Shown in pieces: positions 25,270 to 38,899 of a DNA stretch of 64,000 bases (positions within the stretch are counted from its first letter, which is position 1; every line of letters starts with the position of its first letter). A program made the translations under genes and the position numbers. The notes below the pieces were generated by a model. It was given only the letters and a program-made list of their open reading frames with translations. It made no database searches and had not been told where the DNA came from. Source of the stretch: Dendrobates tinctorius (taxonomy: Eukaryota); contig NW_027361812.1 of assembly GCF_039654945.1 (NCBI RefSeq), forward strand, positions 13,454,001-13,518,000. The letters are read 5' to 3'.

Positions 25270-26230
25270 TGTAAGTCTTCACAAGGTTGCCACACACTGT
25301 TGTTGGTATGTTGGCCCATTCCTCCATGCAGATCTCCTCTAGAGCAGTGATGTTTTTGGCTTTTCGCTTGGCAACACGGACTTTCAACTCCCTCCAAAGG
25401 TTTTCTATAGGGTTGAGATCTGGAGACTGGCTAGGCCACTCCAGGACCTTGAAATGCTTCTTACGAAGCCACTCCTTCGTTGCCCTGGCGGTGTGCTTTG
25501 GATCATTGTCATGTTGAAAGACCCAGCCACGTTTCATATTCAATGCCCTTGCTGATGGAAGGAGGTTTGCACTTAAAATCTCACGATACATGGCCCCATT
25601 CATTCTTTCATGTACCCGGATCAGTCGTCCTGGCCCCTTTGCAGAGAAACAGCCCCAAAGCATGATGTTTCCACCACCATGCTTTACAGTAGGTATGGTG
25701 TTTGATGGATGCAACTCAGTATTCTTTTTCCTCCAAACACGACAAGTTGTGTTTCTACCAAACAGTTCCAGTTTGGTTTCATCAGACCATAGGACATTCT
25801 CCCAAAACTCCTCTGGATCATCCAAATGCTCTCTAGCAAACTTCAGACGGGCCCGGACATGTACAGGCTTAAGCAGTGGGACACGTCTGGCACTGCAGGA
25901 TCTGAGTCCATGGTGGCGTAGTGTGTTACTTATGGTAGGCCTTGTTACATTGGTCCCAGCTCTCTGCAGTTCATTCACTAGGTCCCCCCGCATGGTTCTG
26001 GGATTTTTGCTCACCGTTCTTGTGATCATTCTGACCCCACGGGGTGGGATTTTGCGTGGAGCACCAGATCGAGGGAGATTATCAGTGGTCTTGTATGTCT
26101 TCCATTTTCTAATTATTGCTCCCACAGTTGATTTCTTCACTCCAAGCTGGTTGGCTATTGCAGATTCAGTCTTCCCAGCCTGGTGCAGGGCTACAATTTT
26201 GTCCTTTGACAGCTCTTTGGTCTTCACCAT
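25241..26230 (-). CDS. Tc1 DD34E transposase (329 aa, C-terminus replaced)
   Basis: [34 protein letters not shown]. The last residues (RSLDPE) come from flanking sequence. Confidence 0.85.
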   Translation of the reverse strand: MVKTKELSKDKIVALHQAGKTESAIANQLGVKKSTVGAIIRKWKTYKTTDNLPRSGAPRKIPPRGVRMITRTVSKNPRTMRGDLVNELQRAGTNVTRPTISNTLRHHGLRSCSARRVPLLKPVHVRARLKFAREHLDDPEEFWENVLWSDETKLELFGRNTTCRVWRKKNTELHPSNTIPTVKHGGGNIMLWGCFSAKGPGRLIRVHERMNGAMYREILSANLLPSARALNMKRGWVFQHDNDPKHTARATKEWLRKKHFKVLEWPSQSPDLNPIENLWRELKVRVAKRKAKNITALEEICMEEWANIPTTVCGNLVKTYKRLRSLDPE

Positions 26231-26595
26231 AGTGGAGTTTGGAGTCAGACTGTTTGAGGGTGTGCACAGGTGTCTTTTTATACTGATAACAAGTTTAAAC
26301 AGGTGCCATTACTACAGGTAATGAGTGGAGGAAAGAGGAGACTCTTAAAGAAGAAGTTACAGGTCTGTGAGAGCCAGAAATCTTGATTGCTTGTTTCTGA
26401 CCAAATACTTATTTTCCACCATAATATGCAAATAAAATGAAAAAAAACAGACAATGTGATTTTCTGGATTTTTTTTCTCAGTTTGTCTCCCATAGTTGAG
26501 GTCTACCTATGATGTAAATTACAGACGCCTCTCATCTTTTTAAGTGGTGGAACTTGCACTATTGCTGACTGACTAAATACTTTTTTGCCCCACTG
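25270..26595 (-). mobile_element. Tc1 (DD34E) transposon, 3'-truncated
   Basis: TA|CAGTGGGGCAAAAAAGTATTTAGTCAG left TIR. The second TIR and the last codons are lost at 25270. Confidence 0.9.
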
Positions 26596-27822
26596 TATCT
26601 GTTAAATTAACGGGTAAATTCGCTGAAAAAAATTGTGTGGGCTCCCGCAGTATTTTCTCCGCCAGAGAGGGAAAGCCAGTGCCAGATATTAATAGCCTAG
26701 AGAGGGACCATTGTTTTTGCCCCCCGGCTAAAAAAATCTGCACCCAGCCACCCCAGAAAAGGCGCATCTATAAGATGCACCTTTCTGGCACTTAGCCTCT
26801 CTATTCCCATTGCCTTTAACGGTGGCATATGGGTTAATAAAGGGATAATGTCAACTTGCAATTGAAAGGTGACATTAGGCCGGGTTAATAATGAAGAGGT
26901 GTCAATAAAACACCTATCTATTATTAATCATATAGTAGTAAAGGGTTAAAAAAGACACACACATTAATTAAAAATTCTTGTAATGAAATAATTACACAAA
27001 GTTTTTAACCAAATTTATTATTCTGCTAATCCAACTGATTTCCTTGTTCTCCTGTGAAAAATAATAGAATAAAAAAACAACAATATCCATACCTCTTCGC
27101 AGTTCAGTCAGGTCCCCCGCTGCAATCCATCACAAGGGGTTAACTAGTTTACAACAGGGACCGGTGCTAATGCTACCGACCGCGCTGTAAACCACTGCAG
27201 AATTAAATTATGTCTGTGCAGGCGCCCCGGCTGACCGGGGATGAACTGATTAGCGTGGGAAAGTTTCTGAACTTAGGATTTCCGTTGCCGAAATCCTAAT
27301 CTGCGCATGCGCCGCTTCCAGCAGCCAATTTCCCAGAAGCCACTCATCACAGCAATGAAAGTGCAGAGGCTCCAGGCTTTCAGAAAATGTCGACAGAGCC
27401 CCCGCACCACTGCACGCCGCTGAATCCTGCTGCACCAGCTTAGGATGGAAGTGTGATCATCACCTTGCAGCATCGGACCACCGCATAATCGCCCGACTCT
27501 TGCTGCCACCACACTACTTGTAAGTATATTCTGACTATAAGACGCACCCCTATTTCCCCCAAAAAAGTTTGGCGAGAAAAGTGCATCTTATAGGCCGAAA
27601 AATACAGTAATCAGTTTATGGTGCCCAGACAGTCATTAGGTGGAATATTTATTTAGTTTTTGCTCAGATCTGCATTGTGGTATCCACCAAACAACAGACA
27701 TCACCAGCATAAGTCCAATGGATGTGCGCAGATCAGTAATTTTTCCGCATCAAACATGCCAGGATATCCAATGCAAGTTTTGAACAGTGGAACATTTACG
27801 TCACTTTTGACCAAGGGTTTAA

Positions 27823-29689
27823 AGGGAATGTCACCCCCGGGACGTAAATAACCTGTTAATATGGGCATACAGGTAATAGAAATGTTACACTAGTGGAGCG
27901 CACTGCAGAGCCATGGGGTACTCGGTAACGGGCCAGATCTTATGGGGATGTGTCACGGCAGCGGTGGCCCTGGGCGTCCAATGAAAATGATGATAAAAGA
28001 GGGAAATAAAGTTTATAAGAGATAGTTCGTGATGCCACCTGTGGTGTTCGGCAATGGATGGGACCGCTGGGGCTGATGGTGATGCAGCAGAGTTGTTACA
28101 GTTCTCCACATGTAGAGCTAAGTCCCAGGACAGTTATGCTGTAAAAGATGGTGATGATGGATGTAGTGCAGGACTGAGGGAGCGATTAATCACTGCAGAC
28201 ACAAGAACTGTAGTTTACTTTACGTTTACTTGATGGGCTGAAGTGCAGACCGGAGCACTGGTACAGGTGGAAATGGAGATCTGGGCAGCCTGGAAGCAAA
28301 TTAATATTCCCTAAGCCAGATGGGGTTGGATGCCTCCTTACTGCGCTGTTCTCTGAGCTCCTTGCTGCCTAAAGCTATGCTCAGTCCGCTGTTCCTTATT
28401 GTCCTTAGTACTTGCCCGTATGGCAGGCAGCTTGAGCCTATTGCAGGTGTCACTGCTTCGTGGCGGCTCCGGTTTGCTGCTGTGCCTTCAGTAGTATGAT
28501 GGGGCCAGGAGGCCTGCTGTCTCCTGCCCTCCGGATTTAGCTGATGGGACTGTTGCACCTGTGCAGCCACGGACTCCGGCGTCCGGTTTCAAGCGCTCTG
28601 CCCTGGGGTGAGCTTGGTCACAGCTCCAATCCCCAGGGTTCCCTAAACTTCTCCTTTCTTCTCTCTTTACTCTGCTCTTGCGACAAGCTCCTCACAGCTC
28701 CTGTCCCTTGTACAGACTCTGACAGACTGCAACTAACTAACTCCACCTCCAGCCCAGAACTTATAGGAAAGCTCCCCTGAAACTGGGTTTAGAGCTCCCC
28801 CTTCTGGTGTGGAGTAGGAAAAGTGTTGGATGTTGGTATTATCTGGCTAAGGGACTCCTCCTTGCTTCCAGGCATGTTATCACCCCCCCTTTGAGAGAGG
28901 CAATGCCACTGTGGCAACCGGACTCCTGGGGTGCCACACTAGTCCTACCTAGTAAGCCTCATATTAATGGTCTTGTTGCAGAAATGTTATATTCTCTCTT
29001 TATGTTAATGATTTCTTCCAGGCTCTGGGAGGTGCGGTGCCTGGAAGAAATCCCTATCTCCTGTCTTCACTATAATACTACCCCATTCCATCAGCGTCAG
29101 TTACGCCGCTAGAATACCACACCTGCACCCTCTCAGAAATACATACCTCATCCTCCCTTCTGTGGGCGCTGCATTCAGGGATCCTCTGCTCAGGCGCCGG
29201 CGACTTCCGCTCCAGTGACCTCCGGTGTGCATGCCAATAAGGTGCTCTCCCCACTTCCTCCCTGCACAGTCATCGCTGTGTACACATGGTTCCTACTGAC
29301 AACTGTGCAGGGTTGAAGTGGGGAGAGCATCTTATCGGCTCGCACACCGGACGTCACAGTGACTGGCCTGCGCAGCAAATCCCTGAATGCAGCGCCCATA
29401 GAAGGATGAGATATGTATTTCTGAGGGAGAGGCATGCAGGGCGCAGGATTCCGGGGCCATATCTGATGTTTATGGGAGGGTAGTACCATTATAATGAAGT
29501 CAGGGAGCAGGGATTTCTTCGAGGCATTGCAAGCCCCAGAGCCTGGGAAAAATCATTAGCATAAAGACAGAATATAACATTTCTCAACAACAAGACCATT
29601 AATATGAGGCAGACAGGTAGTGTAACATTTCTATTACCTGTATGCCCATATTAATAGGTCATGTACGTCTCGGGGGTGACAGATTCCCT
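27823..29689. mobile_element. TTAA-type MITE with nested solo LTR
   Basis: TTAA|AGGGAATGTCACCCCCG ... CGGGGGTGACAGATTCCCT|TTAA with long complementary arms. Confidence 0.8.
27894..28938. mobile_element. Solo LTR (probably Gypsy-type), 1045 bp
   Basis: TG...CA termini and a 4-bp TSD CTAG (27890-27893 and 28939-28942). It interrupts the MITE arm. Confidence 0.72.
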
Positions 29690-29714
29690 TTAAATATAAG
29701 ACATGCAAAGTATT

Positions 29715-29962
29715 AATTTATTTTCTTATGTGTAGCGCAGTTAATTCCACAGCACTTTACAGACATTATCACTGTCCTCATTGGGGCTCGCAACTTCAGT
29801 TCCTATCAGTTTGTCTTTGGAGTGTGGGAGAAAACCAGAGTACCAAGAGGAAGTCAACACAAACATGGGGAGAACATACAAACTCCTTGCAGATGTTGCC
29901 CTTGGTGTGATTTGAACCCAGGACCCAAGTGATACATGGTAACAGTGCTAACCAATGGGCCA
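29715..29962 (-). mobile_element. V-SINE-like tRNA-derived SINE
   Basis: The - strand has CCTGGGTTCAAATC (B box) and the core GGAGTTTGTATGTTCTCCCCATGT..TGGTTTTCTCCCACACTCCAAAGAC. Confidence 0.75.
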
Positions 29963-31668
29963 AAGGATAACAAAATGTACAATTATGTAAATAGCGTTGC
30001 AAATAAAATATTGTGCAAAAAAATACTGACAAATTTATGAAATTGGGAGAGAAATACGAGTTGGGGGAACCATTGAGAATTTTTGTAACCCAAGTTGCAA
30101 TTCTTACTATGGAAGTAGAAATACGCTGTGTTATATGGGGAGTGATGTCCTGTGGACATAACAGTGACAAGTTGCCCAACTGCCCTCTAGGAGCTCATCT
30201 GAGCTAGCTTAGCATTCAATAAATTAATGGCTGCCACCCAAATACAAGTGTAGTAACCAATAATATCAATGAATCCAGTAAGGGATACGACGAAGTTTAC
30301 TGGTGATCCATTATAGAAAAAATTTATTCAAGGAATCCAATCCATGTAAATGACAAATATGAGGTCATTTAACAGTAAATTGTAGGTCTTGCTGTTCCAA
30401 GGAATACTTACTGCCCAATATACTTTGTCCTCTAGACGTTATTTAGCGTTAGGTTATATTTCACAGCATCGGTATGATATAAAGCACTCAGCGGTGTTTA
30501 TCAGACCCAAGTTTAATCTTTTTGATTGACCCATAAAGAATTCCAGGAAGTCGTTAGAGAAATGCATGGGCCACTAAAGGTAAAGATTTTGGTGTCAGGC
30601 AGCGGTGGAGGATTGATGTCTGGGTCGGGACACAATTCTGTTTGGTTTGGCGCAGAATTTAGAGGAGCCAAAGACATGATCAGAATTTATTTAACCTGAT
30701 AGCATTCTGCAGATATGCCGGAAAATCTACGGGCTTTCTTGTCCTTTTACAAAGGCTGCTGATGCTATCAAGTAATTGAACTCAGTATCTGGTTTATTAA
30801 ATTGTCAATGTCATGATTTCTAATGGCATTTGCAAACTAAAGAGGACTAAATCTACCTTTGACATTTTCCATTCTCTTGGGTGCACTGTGCCAAGATCAA
30901 GGTAATTCCTCTTCTTTTCCTCCCCGCCCCATGTGATGAAGGTGTCCTGGTATGACCAGACGGCTGCTCATCAATGACTATTGCCGTACACATGGGAGCA
31001 GAAGTTAAGGATCGTTATTTTTCTGGTTTTTTTTTTATCATCTGAAAAAAAATGTCCATTTATTCTAAACATCAAAATATCTGTACTGTCTAGTGCCACT
31101 TATAAATGGCTACCTTGTAAAATGATGTCCAAACCTTATAGTGGTTGAACATTTTCTTGGGGAAGGTCATCAATATCAGATCAGCTCTATGTAACGTGAC
31201 TGGAGCGGGAAAAACAGCTTTGTACATTGTAGTCGACGTTCTCGGGTACTGTAGCTCAGGTCACATTGAAGTAAATGGGAGCCGAGCTGCAGTACCAAAG
31301 AACGGCTGTTACTAACTAAACTGTGCCGTTACGGTTCTGTACAAGGTCTACTTTTGGATGCTGCTGGAGCTGAAAACAGACGATTGCTGGAGGGGTCAGG
31401 TGATGGACTCCCGCTAATCTGATATTGATTACCTATTCCTAAAACAGGTCATCAATATTGAATTTCCGGACAATCCCTTTAAGGAGTCTTGGCCCTAAAT
31501 TATTACCATAGATATTTGTAGCTTTTGTGCACATATTTGTTTCTTTGCAACAACTATTTTATTTTTTTGGGCTGCCAAAATATTTGAATTTAAATATATT
31601 TTTTAATTTCTTTTTGTATATATTACCCCTTAACAGATCACTGGGGTATTTTTTAATATATATATATA

Positions 31669-32886
31669 CACTCACTGGCCACTTTATTAGGTACACCTGT
31701 CCAACTGTGTGTTAAGACTTAATTTCTAATCAGCCAATCACATGGCGGCAACTCAGTGCATTTAGGCATGTAGACATGGTCAAGACAATCTCCTGCAGTT
31801 CAAACCGAGCATCAGTATGGGGAAGAAAGGTGATTTGAGTGCCTTTGAACGTGGCATGATTGTTGGTGCCAGAAGGGCTGGTCTGAGAATTTCAGAAACT
31901 GCTGATCTACTGGGATTTTCACGCACAACCATCTCTAGGGTTTACAGAGAATGGTCCGAAAAAGAAAAAAAATCCAGTGAGCGGCAGTTCTGTGGCCGGA
32001 AATGCCATGTTGATGCCAGAGGTCAGAGGAGAATGGGCAGACTGGTTCGAGCTGATAGAAAGGCAACAGTGACTCAAATTGCCACCCGTTACAACCAAGG
32101 TAGGCAGAAGAGCATCTCTGAACGCACAGTGCGTCGAACTTTGAGGCAGATGGGCTACAGCAGCAGAAGACCACACTGGGTACCACTCCTCTCAGCTAAG
32201 AACAGGAAACTGAGGCTACAATTTGCACAAGCTCATCGAAATTGGACAGTAGAAGATTGGAAAAACGTTGCCTGGTCTGATGAGTCTCGATTTCTGCTGC
32301 GACATTCGGATGGTAGGGTCAGAATTTGGCGTAAACAACATGAAAGCATGGATCCATCCTGCCTTGTATCAACGGTTCAGGCTGGTGGTGGTGGAGTCAT
32401 GGTGTGGGGAATTTTTTCTGGGCACTCTTTGGGCCCCTTGGTACCAATTGAGCATCGTTGCAACGCCACAGCCTACCTGAGTATTGTTGCTGACCATGTC
32501 CATCCCTTTATGACCACAATGTACCCAACATCTGATGGCTACTTTCAGCAGGATAATGCGCCATGTCATAAAGCTCGAATCATCTCAGATTGGTTTCTTG
32601 AACATGACAATGAGTTTACTGTACTCAAATGGCCTCCTCAGTCACCAGATCTCAATCCAATAGAGCATCTTTGGGATGTGGTGGAACGGGAGATTCGCAT
32701 CAGGGATGTGCAGCCGACAAATCTGCGCCAACTGTGTGATGCCATCATGTCAATATGGTCCAAAATCTCTGAGGAATGCTTCCAGCACCTTGTTGAATCT
32801 CTGCCACGGAGAATTGAGGCAGTTCTGAAGGCAAAAGGGGGTCCAACCCCTTACTAGCATGGTGTACCTAATAAAGTGGCCAGTGA

Positions 32887-32889
<3 letters not shown>
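31669..32889 (+). mobile_element. Intact Tc1-superfamily DD36E (Incomer-type) transposon, 1221 bp
   Basis: Perfect 29-bp TIRs CACTCACTGGCCACTTTATTAGGTACACC. Inserted in (TA)n. Single intact ORF. Confidence 0.95.
31817..32857 (+). CDS. DD36E transposase, 346 aa, intact
   Basis: HTH/GRK region, [15 protein letters not shown]. There are 36 residues between the second D and E. Confidence 0.93.
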   Translation: MGKKGDLSAFERGMIVGARRAGLRISETADLLGFSRTTISRVYREWSEKEKKSSERQFCGRKCHVDARGQRRMGRLVRADRKATVTQIATRYNQGRQKSISERTVRRTLRQMGYSSRRPHWVPLLSAKNRKLRLQFAQAHRNWTVEDWKNVAWSDESRFLLRHSDGRVRIWRKQHESMDPSCLVSTVQAGGGGVMVWGIFSGHSLGPLVPIEHRCNATAYLSIVADHVHPFMTTMYPTSDGYFQQDNAPCHKARIISDWFLEHDNEFTVLKWPPQSPDLNPIEHLWDVVEREIRIRDVQPTNLRQLCDAIMSIWSKISEECFQHLVESLPRRIEAVLKAKGGPTPY

Positions 32890-32934
<45 letters not shown>

Positions 32935-35900
32935 TGTATATATATTAGTTTACACTCAATATTGAGATTGCAACACTGAGAAGGACAATAAGATTATGCA
33001 AATAGAGAAAGGAGCAGGTGTCCCTGAGATCTGCAAATTATCACATTTTAAAGAAGCTAGCTTCAGGGCGAGTGCACACGTTGCGGATTGTGCTGCAGAT
33101 TTTTTCTGCGGATTAGCCTGCAGTTTTCCCCTGCGTTTTATACACAGTAAATGGAGGGCACCACCAGAAAAATTTATATTTATATGTAAGAGCAAGAGGT
33201 TTCACTAGGGTATGCAAGTAGACATGTAATAGAGCAAGAAAAAGTCAAACTCATAAAATGGAGCACCTCAATTGCATAAGAAATATATATACCAAATATA
33301 TGTGTAATACAAAATTTGAATTTTTATTATTCACCAAAAAATACATACAGAGACAGAACAAAACACATAGTATAAAAACAATAAAAACTGCATCTATGTG
33401 CAAAGGAGACTCAAGACCAAATGCCACACCTCAGTATAAAGGCAATGGCAAACCACAGCAGGTTCCCATAAAAGGCGCTGAATGAATAAATATAACTGGC
33501 TTTAGAAATGTATGCCTACAAATGTTCAAGCATGTATCACAAAAAACTTATATAAATATAATATGTGCAAAAAAATTGCATATATAGAAAGTGACAAATG
33601 ACAAAATGTAACAATGCGTATACAATACCAAAAGAGGGTCCAACAGCATTTGTGATCAAAGATCGGTTTGAAAAAAATCTCGTTATATGTCCTTCACATT
33701 TGACTCAGTGATAAAATTCCCCCCTTTGAGGGGTTACCATTGTTTCATATTAGCAACTGGATATTTTTTTTTTTTAGATTTCCCCTGCGTTTTGACACCT
33801 GGACAATGGAGCAGGTGCCAAACTGCTGCGGATTCCGCACAAAGAATTGACATGCTGCAGATTTAAAACCGCAGCAAATGCGCACGGAAAAATCCGCAGC
33901 ATGTGCACTGTGTTTTTTGATTTCCATTGAATTTAAAGGTACTGCACAACGCTGTAGAAACTGCTGTGGATCCGCAGGGCCAAAATCGCTGCAGAATACG
34001 CAACGTGTGCACATACCCTCATTCTTTGGCATGTGAAAGAGGCATAAAAGCCAGGTGAAAAGCAAAATTTTTTTAGCCACATGAACCTGCAAAAATTGGA
34101 TCAAATTTTGCGAGATGATTGTGAGGCCTCCTGTTTATCTACGTACTAATTATTGCCACTTTTCGCAAACTAAGAGGGTTAAAATCCTTGAACAGAGAGA
34201 GAAACCTTTGTTTCTCACCCCGGACAATTACATCGCATAAAGGCTAAGATGTCAGCACTCTTCAACGGTTTGTGTCCTTGTAGTTGGAAGAACAAACTGG
34301 CATAACAGCAAGAGGTGCACAGAGGTGACTCTCTGGACGGACAGAACATCAGATTAGAAGAATGGATCCATTATGTACTGCAAGTAAAAATGGACATCAC
34401 ATACCAAGCCTAAGGAGTCAGTGTCTGCACAATCCATCAGAAGGCATGTGCACGACACTGAGTTACGAGCCAGACATCCAGCTACAGGTGTTACATTGAC
34501 CTCACGGCACCTCAAAGGCTATCATGGTGCAAGGCAAGATGGCAATGAAGGTCCATCCTCTTAACGGACGAGTCCTGCTTTTGTCTTGGATGCAATGATG
34601 GCCATAAATTGGTTTGGAGACCATGTGGGCAATACGATGAAGAGACCTTAACAGGGGAACGTCAGACCAGTCCTACTTCCAGGATTATGGTGTGGGCTGG
34701 CATAATGTATGTACGGCAACTGGATCCCTCTAGTTTTCATTTCAGATACAGTAACAGCTCGATGTAACTGTAGATAAAAAAAAGTTTAATCTAGAATGTG
34801 GGACTTTTTTTTTAAAAAAAAGGGAAGAAGCGAGCTCTACCTCTGGTCAGCACACAATACATAAAGTGCATATGCACATATTGATTTCTAACTGTACTTT
34901 AAAATGAGACATTTATCAAACAATTGATCAATGCTTTGAGCCACCCCGCCATGCCAAGGCATTCTCATATAGGTTAGTCCTACTCTACGTTTTTTATATT
35001 CGCTGTGCCATTATGGCCTCCTAAATATATTAAATGCAAACTGTACCTGAAGCGATTCTGAATCACTCCCATGGCGCCAGAAAGGGCGAGCGCAGATAAA
35101 GGCTGACCAGGTCCGGACATGGACATTTCAGATCTAACCTCCATACTGCCAAACCAGCAACCACAGATGAAGGGTGAGACAGGCCCAGGACACAGGTGCA
35201 TAGTCAAATAGAGCCTGGGGCAGGGTAGGGCTGCTGTATGTGTGTACAGCAGCTTAGATCAATCACAATAAAAACAGAAAGAATGGCGTGCATAACCCAG
35301 CGCGCACGGCAACAGTGGTGGTCAGCCACAAATCAATATCATTTTTTTCCACTTGTCATCTGTGTGCAATTTTTTTTTTTTTTTTTTACAGCAGCAGCCA
35401 TTAATCATCTACAGAATTCATTGCACTTCATTAATATAAGAATTACAGAACTGCAATGTATCCGTAAAAATCGCATGCTATACTGCGGCTCCGTATGGTA
35501 TCTAATTTTTATGCACACAGGCTTGAATGGGTGATTCTCATCTGGTATACAGAATAAACTAGTGTATGCGGCAATTTTTTTCACATGCAGATTTGGTCAG
35601 TGAAAAGAAAAATCACTCATCTGCACTGCCCCATTGAACATTGGTCCGAGTGATGTCGGTTTTTACTATCGATAGCACTCGGACCGGAAATATGGTGGTG
35701 TGAACGAGCCCTTACATTGATTTGGTCATTGAACCAGTGTGACAGCCAATTCTCCAATGTGCACTAGGAGATGATTTCAACACGACAGCGCCAGGCTGCA
35801 TGTTGCTTGTGCTACTGTTAGATAAGGCCTGAACGGGCTACCATGGGCTGCAGTGTCTACGGACTTGTCTCCCACTGAACACACTTTGGACATCAATTCA

Positions 35901-37834
35901 AAAGTGAGCTGCCAGCAGAGGATCTTGATGATTTTTCTGAGTGCATTCAGCGTGGCAGAACATTCCTCAAACAACCATTAATAACCTCAGCCAAGGAGTG
36001 TAAGTGTGGGTACTTTTGCGGTGGCGCACATACTCTATATTGAATAAATTGAGATGTTTTTAACATTTTTGTTGCCATTTTCTCATCATATGCATATCAT
36101 TAACATGTCCATCCTGTGATTTCCATAAGTCCACGACTTTTCCTTGTTGATCTTGCAATTTCAATGTTGTGGAGGGTATGTACAGTATCAAATTACAGAT
36201 AATTATTTGCAAAGATCTTTAAAATATTTCCCCCATGTCATGAAAGATTGTAAATTCCATTTTTTTACTTTTATTGCAGCTTTACACTGAAATTGTAACA
36301 AATCAGTGGTGTCCAAATTACTGGAAAAATAGGCCTCTGTGATGCTATTAGCAGATCCAGATCATCCACCTGAATGTGGCGGTCCTCGTGTTTCATGAAA
36401 ACAGTGGGCAGCCGCAAACAGAAAAAAGAACAACAATTAGAAAAATTCTTACATGTCACCCTTTTTCTAGCAAAAGTCAGATCTGAACTTTTGGGATGTA
36501 AGATCCTGGCATTTAGGGTGCGATCCCAGAACCTTCCCCGCTCCCACTCATTATGGCTGTTACTAACTGCTGTGTACATAAGGCAGCAGCGTTACTTTAG
36601 TTAAAAGCACGAGATCTTATGTTTTGTCAGCGAGGGGGTCCATGGAGAGTTGTGGGATTCTGCTTTGCATACCATGATTCCACCACTTGAAAATTCAAAA
36701 CTAACTTTTGCTATAAAGTTGAATTTTTAGGCTGGCATTGGGGACACTTCTGGCCATTTTTCTTATTGATTTTCTTTAACAAAATTACCTGTCTGGATCT
36801 GTCCACCATTTTCTTAAATAAAAAAGGGCAGCCGCAAGCAAGGTACTCTTTTAAAACTTGCACCATACGATTAAACTGGCGCAGGTTTAAAGCCTATGAG
36901 AAAGCTGCGGTACATGAATACTCTGCTTGGTTCTCATATACACCTACCTGAATATTGAGGGTGCTGCCTGACTGATGGGGGGTAGTGTTCAATACTAAGA
37001 AAGGGGGCTGCAAGGATGGGGAAATACTGATTTAAATAAAATTACCTTCATGCATTGATACCTGCTCCTTTCCTGCCTTTAGTGGCAAAATGGCATAGCC
37101 TGAAGGCTACTAAATTAACAGTCGTAGCCCTTCCCCTACCTATTTTACCTTAGAGGTGCACTGTCCTTCTTAAAATAGTATACCTACTTTAGTGCACACA
37201 AAAAGTTCCTTGAATCAATGCACAAGTCTTATGTACACTGATCTGGATGAGATTTTGTTGCAATTATTATATGAAAATTTTTATTCAAAGTCACAGCTGG
37301 CGGTATGGAATCCTAGTGGTGTGGATCAGCTTCAATGGCGGACATTCCCGCCTGGTGTCAGGCATATCGCTCACAAGCTCAATGGTTATGAGGTTGTGTT
37401 CATAATAAAGAATGTTTTTTTTTTCAGATTTTTCAATAAATGCTTTGCTCATCCTCTATCCAGCCAAAGTTGTCTTATTTTGGGTTAGTGGGGTGGGCGT
37501 CACATTACATGTGCAGGTTACATGCTATCAGTCTTATTTGGTTAAGGAGCTTTGAACCTTCATCCAGCTCCAGGACAATCAGAAAATGAATGATGGAACT
37601 CCCATAGCAATGAATGGAGAAAACCAGTGGAAGCACTGCCACCAATCCACTGACTGCTGGTGAGACACCAACCGGAATGAGGGATAGGAGACGACAGCTT
37701 CACTCTCAATATTGAAATATAGGTGCATAGTATAAGAGATTCTATACAGACTGCTGTATGAGGAATTCAGGGATCACACGTCTCTAGAAATATATAAAAG
37801 TAGAGTTTATTTTGTATTCACATTTCATCTGTAA

Positions 37835-38037
37835 GGCCATGTTCACACGTTCAGTATTTGGTCAGTATTTTACCTGAGTATTTGTAAGGGAAACCCAGGA
37901 GTGGGTGATAAATACAGAAGTGGTGACGTGTTTCTATTATACTTTTCCTCTGATTGTTCCACTCCTGGTTTTGGCTTACAAATACTGATGGAAAATACTG
38001 AGCAAATACTGAAGTTACTGAAGGTGTGAATGAGGCC
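37835..38037. mobile_element. Harbinger-type MITE (uninterrupted relative of the ERV target)
   Basis: TAA|GGCCATGTTCACAC ... GTGTGAATGAGGCC|TTA. Confidence 0.75.
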
Positions 38038-38295
38038 TTATACAGTTTATCAGTTGTATTGCACACGCCCTTAGCACTGTATTGTAAAACGACCATGTAC
38101 ATGTGCAAAAACCATCTGGACGCTCATCTGTAGTAGAAAGGGTCCATCACTCATGTAGATCTCCTTCATATCGGTCACACTGAGGAAATGTTAGAATTTG
38201 GTCTCAATATTTCTGCAAAAGAGAAATCGAACAATGACTTAATCCTCTGGAGATGCAGGTAAGACGTGTAGGCACGAGTCACACACAACACTCTA

Positions 38296-38460
38296 TGAGT
38301 AAAGTGTGGAGGTTGTACCACCCGACGGTGAGTAAAGTGTGGAGGTTGTACCACCCGACGGTGAGTAAAGTGTGGAGGTTGTACCACCCGACGGTGAGTA
38401 AAGTGTGGAGGTTGTACCACCCGACGGTGAGTAAAGTGTGGAGGTTGTACCACCCGACGG
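38296..38460. repeat. 33-bp tandem repeat, 5 identical copies
   Basis: (TGAGTAAAGTGTGGAGGTTGTACCACCCGACGG)x5 with no spacers. Confidence 0.95.
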
Positions 38461-38899
38461 CAGAACCCCCGTAGACCAGTGCAAGCCGGGCACCTGGAAA
38501 CCATGGCAACCCATTATCAGAAGCCATTATTCTGCCCTTCATTCCCAATTAATATTACCTACCTAGAATTATTTTCTTACTCCATGAAAAATTACATTTT
38601 TTCCAGCACCAGCTGGAATAAATGTCTAACAAGTAGGCCGCAAGGTTTCCATAGGAACAATTAGTACAGCTCTTCCGATCCTTCATATCAAGGTAGTCAT
38701 CCATGATAGGGGTGATTAGAAACAGCATTTTGCTTTTTGCGGAGACTAGGAACAGTTTCCCCACTCACCATACAATTAGGATGAGCGAGTAAGAGACATC
38801 AGAAAGCGATAAATCTCATAGTTCACAAAATAAAGCTAAAACGTAGTCCATAAATACTAAAGGATGCAAATACTGACTCAGAAGGACACATAAAAGGTA

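Noticed and set aside
25590-26321. 243-aa plus-strand ORF, and the ORFs at 50743-52221
   Set aside because: Antisense shadows of the Tc1 transposase and of CR1 ORF2.
35777-35974. ORF MFEECSATLNALRK as FAPP exon 5
   Set aside because: It matches the Tc1-derived sequence also seen at ~20040-20100. The true exon 5 is at 42455-42625.
38296-38460. CRISPR-like 33-bp direct repeats
   Set aside because: No spacers, no cas genes, and a eukaryotic context; this is a simple tandem repeat.
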